Shown one piece after another: positions 13,096-25,000 of a stretch of DNA of 64,000 nt. Every line of letters begins with the position of its first letter. Position 1 is the first letter of the stretch. The translations under genes were made by a program, and so were the position numbers. Source of the stretch: Ascidiella aspersa (Eukaryota); NCBI GenBank assembly GCA_963924565.1, contig OZ004614.1, forward strand, positions 24,118,001 through 24,182,000. The letters are read 5' to 3'. Below the pieces are notes generated by a model. The model had not been told where the DNA came from and did no database searches. It saw only the letters and a program-made list of their open reading frames with translations.

Positions 13096-16000
13096 CAACC
13101 CGTGTCATAGCACCGAATTTTCATTCATTCCTGTAAAAAAAACATTGTAATTTTTCCACTTGGTAGATGACACCGAATGCTGGTAATACAATCGATGTAA
13201 TACAACGCTGGTTTCAGCGATCCATACATCTCACCTTACAATGCATTGTAAAAAAAGACTAATATAAGGAAAAACTTGCGGATATAAATAACACTTCGTG
13301 ATTACATAGTTTTAGCGTTTGAGGGCGCATACAAGTGTAAAGACTAGTCTCAAATGGGGTTGCTCGGTGTCTCTTCTCATGTCATATCCCGATAGCTTCC
13401 CACGTCCCTTACACGTTCCTTTCATACATCTGACTACAATGATGCGGGCCACTAAACCACTCTTTCTTATACGATGGTTGAATTCTAGACAGTCACCTTA
13501 CATCGTTAATATTGCGGGATAAGTATATTCACCAATAAATTGTCGCGCACAATACAAAATAAACGGTTATTCAATCGACTCACGAAGAAAACATTGGGCA
13601 GGGTTGTTGAACATTGTGGCGTGTTGTACAATCGCTATTGGTAATACATTTGAATAATGCATGCCCGATTAGAGGTTACATTTAGAAGGATGAGTAATAA
13701 TTCCTGATTAGAAGTATTTTGTTCGATGTCTGGTATTAAAAATGGGACACTACTCAAAATGTCACGCCAAAACTTACAATAAAAATGCCTAGCGAACAAA
13801 CAAATATAATTCATATTCAAGTCAAACTAGCAAAGTTATGTGATTGTTTTTCTTTATATTTTTGAGAGTCGGCTTGGTGTCTTCGCTCTAAGCGAAAATA
13901 CAGAAAGCAATACTGAAGATTGTCGAATTCGGTGCTAGCGATAGATGCTTAGATTTAATTTGATGAGAAGGTTTAAACTTGATTAAGCTACACATATGCA
14001 AAAAACTTTTGTTCCCGGTAACAGTGGAATATTTATTGGGAGATCTAAGGTTGAAGTTTACAAGGCCTTGTGGGTCCAAAAGATTTTACAAGTCTAAACA
14101 TTAGCTCGGTACACACATAAGAAGTTGCTTAGCGTGCCGTATGGCAGGGTAACAGGAAGAAGGTTATACAATGCCGCCATTTCATTAATATGCCGCTTTC
14201 ACACAGGAAAAAATTTCTACGCATGCCGTATGGCAAGGATGTTCCCACAAACGCAAGTCACAATCTTTATTAGTGATTTATTTTCCTTCTAGGCCTAACC
14301 AAACATGTTATGACGCATAATAATCACCAGAATCACATTCGCATTTCCTTCCTGTTTCACAGCTTTATCCAGCACATACGCTTGCAATGTTGTCCCAAAT
14401 CTTATCAATCTACATAAGTTTTTGCTAAGGGTGTAGGCTATTCTCTCATCATTCCGTTCCATAGCTAACATCAGTATTGCAAACAAGTCATTTGAAATGA
14501 CTTAAATCCCACTCAAGTCATTTGTACAACAACTAAGTCCAAGTAAAGTCATTTTTATTGAATAACAAGTCAAGTAGCAGTCTAAATCATTAATTGCCAA
14601 AGTCAAGTCCCAGTCAAATAATAATTGTAGCAATTCAAGTCAAGAAATATTGCCTCAAAACTCAGTCGAGCCAAATAGTTACAAACCAGTTAGTAAATAT
14701 TACAAACCCATGACTTTCACAAATTAAGTTCCAAAATAATCAACTCACACAACGTGAAGTACAGAAATCATTGAAAGTCAGTACAATAGCTGACGAGAAC
14801 TGTTCCTAGGCGGTGCGGGGATATTAAACAGACACAGAAAATGTACTAGTGCCATCTATTTCTTTACTCAGTTAAATGTGAAACTATACCTTACATTTAG
14901 TAATGTGTTACTATGTTATCAGTTACTTGTATAAAAATATGTATAATGTGTTGTTTACTCAAGCAATTCTAGAAGGGATGCGATAATTGTTTGGTGATTT
15001 GAATATCGCGTTTGTTGTGGTTGTACAGTAAGCAATTCATATTTTTAACAGGTTACGGGTTTGTCTGACGTTGGACTCAGCTTAATTTGGCGTTTAGTGC
15101 AAAGGTTTAGCAATTTTCACTTTTTTTCACTACATTTGGTATAAACATCCGGAATCCTACACGGACATCGTTCAACAAACAACAATATTTTGACAGTGAT
15201 GGAGGCGAACGGCTAATAGCTTCTTACAATGTGTTTAACCACGAAATACTTGGCAAAGTTCGCAAAATATTGCTTTTATTGCATCAGTTTAACAGTACGC
15301 ATTTTTGTTTTTTTCAATGAGGATTTTTCTCACGTTTGACGCAGTTTAGCACCGGGATTACGTATTTGCTTAAATATGACGCTATCAAGCAAGTCTAAAC
15401 ATTTGCTGCTACAACCTAAAGTTTTACGTCCGTGAGTTATTCTCAGTTGAAAAATGTTACGGGGTTTTCGTTACTAGATGAGTGACATTCTTACACAAGT
15501 GATGTGTGATATAGTCAATTATTTAGTCATACCATCGCAAAAACATCACGCAATATTGTTCATTTCCAAACATTTATAGGGCAATAACCTGCGTGACCGT
15601 AAAAACTCCAGTACATTTGCCTTGGTAAAAATAAAATTTCATGTTGCAAAATTTCTACTTTTATGTTTAATAGCTTTGTGCAGTTTGTTTAACCACGTAA
15701 ATGGAGCCTACGTTCGCAAAATATTGCGTTTATTGCAGTGTGTTCCTTAACATTCTTTCATGAGGCATTAGGGCACTTACACAGAATACGTACAGCAACC
15801 CTTAACGAGTATAACCTACACAACGTTTGGCCGGGGTTTGCTATATATCACTTTTATTGCAGCGGTTTGAACACCAAGCAAATTTGCATTTTAAACAAGA
15901 TTTTTTTTTCGTTGGATGCAGAATGGTACCTACCGGGATTACGTATTTGCTTAAATTTCGCGCAATTTGAACAATTGGTGCTACGGCTTTTTTACGTTTG

Positions 16001-16170
16001 TTAGTCATTTTTGATCGACATATGTCACCGGTTTTCGGTCAATAAATATGCGAGACGTGTTTGGCCAAGGTTGTGTGTTTAGCAGCTCCATTTTAAAAAA
16101 CAAACAACGCTGCAATTTGGTTTGATGTTAAATATATTTTTTAATTATCGGTTATAACATGCGGCTTCAT

Positions 16171-16273
16171 GAAGAAGGTTATACAATGCTGGTAACAGGA
16201 AGAAGGTTATACAATGCTGGTAACAGGAAGAAGGTTATACAATGCTGGTAACAGGAAGAAGGTTATACAATGC
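16171..16273 (+). repeat. 28-bp minisatellite, ~3.7 copies
   Basis: GAAGAAGGTTATACAATGCTGGTAACAG repeated; single copy at the paralogous site ~44845. Confidence 0.95.
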
Positions 16274-19065
16274 CGCCATTCCTTTAATATGCCGCTTTCA
16301 CACAGGAAAAAAAGTTTCTTAGCTTGCCGTATGGCAAGGATGTTCCCATAAACGCAAGTCACAATCTTTATTAGTGATTTATTTTCCTTCTAGGCTTAAC
16401 CAAACATGTTATGACGCATAATAATCACCAAAATTACATCCGCATTTCCTTCCTTTTTTACAACTTATCCAACCCATACGCTTGCATGGAACAAATGTTG
16501 ACTACTGGCTTTCTTGTCTCATTCATTTGTTTTTATAGCTGACATCAGTGTTGTAAACAAGTCATTTGAAATGACTTAAATCCACTCAAGTCAAGTCAAA
16601 TCCCAGTCCAGGTCATCAGTTGCCAAATCTTAATTGGAGCAAGTCACGTCATTTAGCTCAAAAAAGAAATCAAATAAATAAAAAGCGTTGATTTAAGCCT
16701 ATACAAAAGTCATCGACTAACGTCTGCGCAATCATGGCTGACATTTGTCATATTTTCTCCGGCAACAAACTTAATTTGCTGAAATGTGTACAAAGCAACA
16801 GCAGTCATCAAATGTCTCAGCGTTACGTAAAATACCGATGAAAAAATTGTTTTCTTGAACGTGAACCCGCACCATGAGTAAAAAGCACTTACTATGACTA
16901 GTTTAACAAAACATTACATTTTGTTAATTAATTTTGGCTTTTCCCAATTTATCCGGATTGATTATAATGACGTGTTTGACGATTTTTTTTGGATCTTCCA
17001 ATAATATAGAAATCCTACATAAACATTAGGTGCACATATGGAATGAAACACGTCGCTTTGTCTTCGGACATTTAAGTTATTTCTGAAAAGGGCTAGGACC
17101 GAGTTACCAAAAAAAGTCATTACAACCAATTTAGTTCTACTTCCTCAAACTGCGTTTGAACTAAAATCTTTGGGCGATTTGTATATTAAGACAATCCTCG
17201 AAGGTATAGAATAGAAAGAGTATTATGTTTTTAAGATATTGGGCAACATTGTAATGAATTGCTCTATTCTCGTTGACAGACTTCAAACCTCGAATACCCC
17301 TTATGTTGCCTAGCACGCTGTGGAAATCAAAAGACAAAAATTAATCGTCTTATGACCAACCGCTTAACGAAAACTGCCATACTGTCTTAAACAACACAGC
17401 TTCCGTAGCTTCCGTTAAGATTTCGTCTATACGTTGTTCATCGCATTATCCCAGTATTATCAGATCGTGATCGTTTGTTTCAAAGAAATTTTTAGAACAA
17501 ATTCGGAAGAAGAATCAATTCCCACTCCAAATCAAGCGATTTTAATTAAACTGAAAACGACCATGTTAATAGTGGAACCCAAGCAGGCTTGGACAACTTT
17601 AAGCAATTCTAGTTATTTCATTAAATGAATTCAGAGCAAAATACGGCTAATTTTAATTTTAATCTAGTTTGTGACTTGCTTGTGTGCTCTAATTCTAGTT
17701 CTATTTTAATTCGGATTTTCATAAAAATGCCACTTTGTCCAACGGCATTTTTATTCTCCCAGTTGAAACCAAGAATTTTAATTTATTACTCATCGGTCGG
17801 CACAACTTTTTTGTGATTTTATAGTGTGAAAAGTATGCTAAAACATTTTTATAAAAATTAGCACACAAATATTTACCCATTCGCATTTATTATGAGATTA
17901 ATTGGCGAATTAGATATAATTTATTGTCCATAAATAAACATAATGGGGGCTTTAAAGTGCGAATGTCACGCCAAAACTCACGAAGAAAATATTTAGCGAA
18001 AACACAAATGTAATTCACGTACAAGTCAACTTAGCAGTGTTTTACGATTGTTTTCATATTTTTGGAGCCAGCCTGTTGACTTGGTTCTACACGAAAATAC
18101 AGGAAGCAATACTGTAGCCTGTCGATTTAGTTACTAACGCTACTTGGCGATGGGTATTTAATAACACAGAGCCGTCATGGTTAGCTACTGCGATTTCCCA
18201 AATGGCTAACCCGAGTGGAATATTATACACATGTGTAAAATGCTTTAAGTTATAATGCCCTATGATTGCGGAGAACGTTAACTTGTGAAATAAAAAACAA
18301 AGCAAAATGGAAGAAAGGACTTTGATTTCAGCATGCACAAAAACTAAAAGTTACGCTTAAAGGATATGTTAACGACAGTCGCAAATAAGAAAAATATAAT
18401 GTGCACTTACGACGTAGCAATGGAGAGTTTAATTTCAATAAACTCGTAATATAACTTGAACAACACAATAATAAAGATATTTTGTTTGTTTAGCACAAAG
18501 TTCACGGAAACCCCAGAAAACATTTTGCGACCCACAGCTTGGCAACCACTACATTAAAGAGTTGCAAGAATTCAACGCTTTCCGTGTTATTCGTTTTCTG
18601 CTCAAGTAAGTTTGAAAAATTTGTTCTGAACTGCATTTTGTTTGCATGAAAATCAATATGTTTAAACAAATCATTTATCCTCCATTTGACCTTATGCGTT
18701 GGTTGACCATTGCAAAAATGATTCACGCTGGGGCGAACCATTGACCACAGTTTAAGAAATACAGCGTTATATCACGTAAGTCAGACTACAAGAAAATGTC
18801 ATATTGGAATCATGGAATATTTACCATGGGGTGACATTGTGAACATCAAAACAGACAATCTATAGTGTTTTAATGCAATTTGTTAACTTCCTACTTTCTT
18901 GTTTTTAATATTTCAAGTTTTTTTGTTTTGTTTCTAGTTTATCTTAATTCTTTGAGGACCAAAAAGGTGCCATGCATAGTATGACTTTTTGCTCAGTGTG
19001 AACTCAAAAACTGTCCACACTGCACAATATCCAAATGCGTTTGTTAAATTAATTTTGTAAAAACC

Positions 19066-22000
19066 CTAATAAGCTCTTTCGTACACTGATTGGCCAGCAG
19101 CAGCGTTACCAATTCCAAACTGCTCGTATGCTGTGTCTTCACTTGCAGCAATCCTTGAGACGTTGTAAGCTTGACCAGGCGACTCGCCATTGGCTGATAC
19201 GTAGGCAACAGGAATGACGTAATCACTGTCGTCAGACGGATGGTTGTTGACGTCATAGCTGGGATGAGCAGCAAAGCTAGTGTTGACGTAGTTGTTGCAT
19301 TGTCCTCGAGATTGATCTTCAGCGTTGATGGACTTAGGGTCGTGACCTAGAATTAAATAAAGCGTTGAAAAAAAATATAAAATATTCTTAGGCACAAAAT
19401 TTTATTTATACACATGAAAATTCTTCAAATGACAAGACATATTTTGTTAATATCAGACACCAAGGTGTTCACAGTATATTTACCTGCTGTGGTTGGAGAA
19501 CGATTGTCACTTTTCCGTTTTTCGAGTTTCGCCAAGATTTGGTTTCTGAATGAAAAAAGCGCAAATATATTCACTTATATATTTGACAAAAACACAAATA
19601 TATTTCACAAAATGGCTGTCGGGGCTTTATAATACCCACCTCTTGATGTAAACAAGGACGGCCACTCCAATTAGTATTATTACTGCACAAGAAACTCCTA
19701 TTGGTGTAGCAACGTTGAGACTAGAAACAGACTGGTTTTCTGAAAATAAAATACTGTTCGCTATCCTGTTTGTATATTTGTGTTTAAAAGTCTTAACTTA
19801 AGATGTGATTAAAATTTTCAGTATACGCGAAATTCGAAGCAGCTTAACAAAAGAGCTTAAAAGTTGTGCATTACGTATAGGATAAATATAACAATAAAGT
19901 TGCCTTGTTTAAATATAGATTTACAAATCAACATCTACACTTTTTTATATGTGCCAGTATTTAATAAAAACATTGTGGAGTCTAGCATGATTTACTGTAA
20001 AGCATTTAAATGAAGTTTTATAGTCACCTATTGGCAAGTAACATACGCCATTCGATGGAAGAATTGTATTTCTGCACAATGGCGTAATTGGGTGAAAATC
20101 TGTCGTCACCGTGTCTCCCTCGTTTAACGTGACGTTATGAGTCAGTGTAATGAAAGGCGTCAGTGTTACTTCGGAGGTTGTGGTTTTTTGTTTTTTTTTT
20201 TTGCTTTTTTGTTGTTTTTGCTGGTTCTCTTAATTTTTAGCTACATACAAACGAAGATTTATGAATAACATAAATGTGAAAATCAATGCAAATGACATAC
20301 CTTTGCACTTGTTATAACTGAAACAGACGAAGTTGGAATTGTGATTTTGATTTGGCAGATTTTGTTTTGAAGGGTAAGTTTAGAAACGATTCCTGCAAAA
20401 ACGTTTGAAGTTGATCCAGAAACAGTTGGGGTTTGGGGGACTTTCCAAATCTCAGGAAACAGCTTGATCTAAATTATATTGTTTTAATTCGAAAATGTAA
20501 ACCAAAGAATCCTAACTATTTTTTTAAAAAAATAACGAAAATTAATGTTTTTGAACTTACTTGAATCTTGTAATCTTCATTACCAACCTGGGTCGGAAAT
20601 TCTGTGGAGTAAGCATAGTTTGCAGAAGCCGTCGTTTTGTAATTTTTCGCGATGTTAGTAAGCTTGTCATAACTTTGTGCAATCAGCTGAAAGTTGAAAT
20701 TCCTGGAATATTTTGTTTCGTCAATCCACTTCACAGTTATTTTGTCGTGGTGGCATTTGGTAGCTTCAGTAAAACGAACAACTAAAACATAAAAAATACA
20801 ATTATTGTTACAGAAAACCATTATGATAATGGAAACGGAAAAATCTGTAATTTCTGTTTATTTTGTTAGAACTAGAATATTACATTATACGTACTGGGAA
20901 AAACACAGAGAGTGGTTAACAGGAAGTTGCAATTCTTGATTTGTGATGTTCCGTTAACAAATGAAGGGCATTTGTCCGTTGCTAAAGTTGCATTCTCAGT
21001 ACCTGTGGTAAAGAAAAGTTGCAATTAATTTAGCCTTTATTTACTAAAATAGATATTTCTGGTAAAATTACTTTGTGTCCAAGCTGTAACCTTTGTAAGA
21101 GAGCTTCCTTTAAGATATTCCGACGACGGTAACTTGCCTCCGTGGTTCTTACAGTGGAGTTTGGCGTCCGTGTATTTTCTGCTTGTGTTATAGCTGACGG
21201 AAAACTGTCCATTGTCGAACCGCAAATCTGTGAAAACCGAATTTTTTAGGTTTGTGTAAAATACTCGCTTGTATGGGTTAGAATTTAGTTGTAAACACGG
21301 TCGCACTTGCGCTTTCTCGCTGTTTATAATAAACCAGAGTGGCCTTACATACCCAGCATATTGTTTTAAACTATTATTTGTTCATTTTTTGCGGACCTAA
21401 AAGGATAACTCATACAAAATGTCGTGCGAAATTCATATAATTGTATATTTTCTCCGTGTACAGTTTTTTGGGTGTAAACTCACCGTTACAATATTGCAAT
21501 GTTACACAAAACAACACTGAGGAATTACAAACGTTGCATAGGCCACAAAAAAGTGTTGTTACACAGAAAATAAAATCCATTAATTACCTTGGTTAATCAT
21601 CGGAAAAATATTCTCTGTAGCACCGACTTCATTTCGTGCCGAACACTTAACAGTTGCGTTGGCGCCAAATACCGCGGAAGCTTCTATTGTTAGTTGTGAC
21701 GTCACTGTGTTGATTGTACCGTGGATTGTGACGTAGGTTGGTGACGCGTTGCTGTTGATTGTGACGTTTTGGTCGTTGATGGTCCAGTGAAAAGAGGTCG
21801 ACTGGTCGGCGGCAAACGTACAATTCAACGACTGTGATTGGCTGAATTCTGCAGCTGGTGATGACGCGTTAAGAAACCTTGGGGCAACTGAAATGTTCAA
21901 AAATCGCAACCTTATTAAAAAAATTAAACCAGCAGGTGTGTCAAACATTTGCCCAAACATGCATTCACAATCTGGGCCCCGAAGGTCGCCGGTTCGAACC

Positions 22001-25000
22001 CCCGATTCCCTGGCTTAGCAGGCGTTGAGTAACTTAGGTTTAGCTTCAAATAAACAAAGTTGCAAATTTAGTTAAGCTAAAAACATATGTCTAAGCAGGA
22101 ACTTCACGGCATGAAGAGAAAACATATGTTGATGAAATAAATTATATTTTATTTCTACAATAATGTAAAGGATTTACAATTGAAATATATTCGGTCATAT
22201 AAAATATTTTCATGTAGCAAATCGCTATTGATCCGTAAGCATTAAAATGTAGTGTCACCATGGCTTGGAATATTTATTTAAACGGGTCTTTATACATTGT
22301 TTCTTCAACAAAGTGTAAACCATTAATATATTGTTGTTATGTTTGTTTGGGCTCTTACCTCTCACAACTAATGTTTTTGTTATTGCGGTTAGTATGCCGT
22401 CGCCCACTCTGTTGCTTGCATGGCAAACGTAATATCCACCGTCCGCTGGTGAGTAAGTTTCTTGGAAAGTGATAACAGCCACAGTCTTGTAGATCATCTC
22501 ATGAAGTATAGTCTGATAAACTTTAGCACTACTGCTTGTCGATACATTTTGTGAAGCTCTGTAAGTGAATTCAAAATATGCACACGATTGACTTATGAAG
22601 TGGATAGACGTGTTCAGAAGTTGAGAACATCATAATTGTAACATTCCACACGTGCTCTTTCGACACCAGAACCGTATAAAGCACAATACCAAGAGGAATA
22701 CTTTGGCCGAGAAGCACTTAATTTTATTGAGTCATTTCAGGATTTTAGGCATCAACCAAAATGTATTAAAATCGTGTTTTTTTACAGTTCTTACAAACAG
22801 TGCTGTGGAGTCGGGGCCGGACTCGGGACTCGAGTAAGATTATACTTGCTAGCTCATTTGCAAGTTTGAAACCGATAAAGCCGTACACTGGAAACTGTAA
22901 GGGCGGAAAAGCATAGAGCGGAACATATTAAAACCACAGTATGTGGGTTGGTGGTACGCATGACTCTCCTTTGAAAATTGATGCATATCTACATTATTTT
23001 AAATATGGGGAGGGTGAATACATGTTTGTGCCGGTCACAGTACCGGATGGATTCGGTTAATTTGGCCGGAGTCGAATTTGGGACGCGGACTTTGCTTCTT
23101 TCAAACCATAGTAAAAATGATTTTAAATCTCTTTCACATCATCAATTGCTTAATTTTAATTTATATATAGCGCCTGCATAAAACACGGCATTTTTGCTCA
23201 CTTTGTCCAATAAACATCTGGCGCTGGAAAGCCGTATGATGTACAGTTGATTTGTTGCTGTTGTCCGTCATTTAAGGTAGTTGTTGAGGACGAAAGAGAT
23301 ATGTTGGCCTTCACTAAAATCGTAATAAATCCTATTAGCAAGAGCAACATTTCGTCTTGCTACTGTGCCCCAATTATAACGCATACCTTGCAGTTGAAAT
23401 GTGGTTTGAACAGCATTAGCGTTGTCTTTGTTGTTGCTTGCTGTGCATTTGTAAACCCCAACTTTCTCGATGCTAGCTGCCTTAAATTGGAGACGACCAA
23501 TCTGCTTATTATGTGTAGTGATGGTTGTTATTTGAGATACTTGAGATGCCGTATTGGAGCCGACGGTTTGATCGTTTCTGTAAAAAGTATATAATTACAA
23601 CTTTTGCAACAATAATATTTTATTTTGGAACACTATATATATACGGATCTGTTCATAAGTTTAATGGTGAAAATAACGGCCCAAATTGACGTAAAAAGCG
23701 ACATGCTTTATTTTGCAAACGTTTGGAAAAATTGCTCATGCCATCATCAGTGATAAGAAGGCCACATCAGTTACAACCGTTACGGTATTGTAATAAAGAA
23801 GAAGCTACGACTAAAGTGCATATAAACGGGTGTAACTGATGTTGTCTTCATATCACTGATGATGGCATGAGCATTTGCCGAAACGTTTGAACAATAAAGT
23901 ATGTAGTTTTTTACGCCTATTTGGGCCGTTATTTTCACCATTAATATTTTAGTTAAATATGTCATTACCTGCTCCAGGTAACTGTTGGTTGGCGCCATCC
24001 ATACGACACGCAATCCACGTGGAAACTAGCTGGAAATGCTGGAATCTTCCACGGCGATGACGGGGAAAGTGAAATGTTAGGTCGAACTAAAAATGTTTTA
24101 AATGTTTAAATTACCAATACTTTAATATTTTCAACTGCGAAATTCGGTGCAATAATTATGAATGCGCCAACAACAAAACAACAGTAGATTTATGTATAAA
24201 ATTAGTTCACAACATGTATTAAAAAATAACAACTTTGTGTTTAATACGTTTTTGTGTTAACAACTGCAATGTAGTACACCATGATGAAACGGTAAAGTAA
24301 AATTATTCTAAAGTTTAAACATTAGTAATGCAAATAAAAAAATAACCGTTCGTTTCGTACTTTTTTAGGGTTAACGATTTTACACTTTTTAAAACAATGC
24401 TAGAATGAAGTATATACAATGTTTTTTGGTATTCAGTATTTTCAGTACGATTACTCACTTAACAGTTCCAGAATAGTAAACTTCTCTTTTTCTCCGTTTT
24501 GGGCGGTGCAATTATATCTTCCTCCCACTTCTAACATAGCAATTGGAATGTGGAGTGTTGCAGTTGATTTGTATTTAGTAACTTCAGTCAAATTAGTTTG
24601 ATAATTCGGATCGTTGTTGTTGGAAGAAACCCCCACATCGTTTGTTCTAAATTTATTAGCGTCGATATATTTAGTTTCATTGAGACACCGACACTAATAA
24701 ACTGAAGACCCACCTCTTCCAAAATACGTTGGGCGTGGGATAACCATAACTGGTGCAGATTGATGTGATAGATTTAGCGCTGTAGTTTGCTGTGATTTGG
24801 CTCGGTGTTGATAATGTCATGTTCGGTTGCACTGCAAAGTTGTTAACAGATGATTTGACAAAAAACAAATGACATGCGTAAAACTAAAGATTTTCTTCAA
24901 TATAGTATAGTTTTGAGAAATGAAACTATATAGTATCATTGGTTTAAGCAGAATGTGTTTTCAACATTGCATCTTTTATATAGGGCTTTCATCAAAGTAG

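Noticed and set aside
16171-16273. CRISPR-like 28-bp repeats
   Set aside because: The repeats are contiguous with no spacers, in a eukaryotic context; this is a minisatellite.
17434-17628. Plus-strand ORF similar to 46255-46491
   Set aside because: Start and stop are not conserved, there is no recognisable motif, and it is duplicated spacer DNA.
18502-18741. 79-aa minus-strand ORF also open at 47350-47589
   Set aside because: Differences between the copies appear mostly non-synonymous, the 3' end runs into a MITE terminus, and it lies in the receptor 3' flank. Recent duplication explains the similarity.
21975-22040. tRNA gene
   Set aside because: Only a B-box/T-arm-like motif is present; there is no full cloverleaf, and it is degenerate in the paralog.
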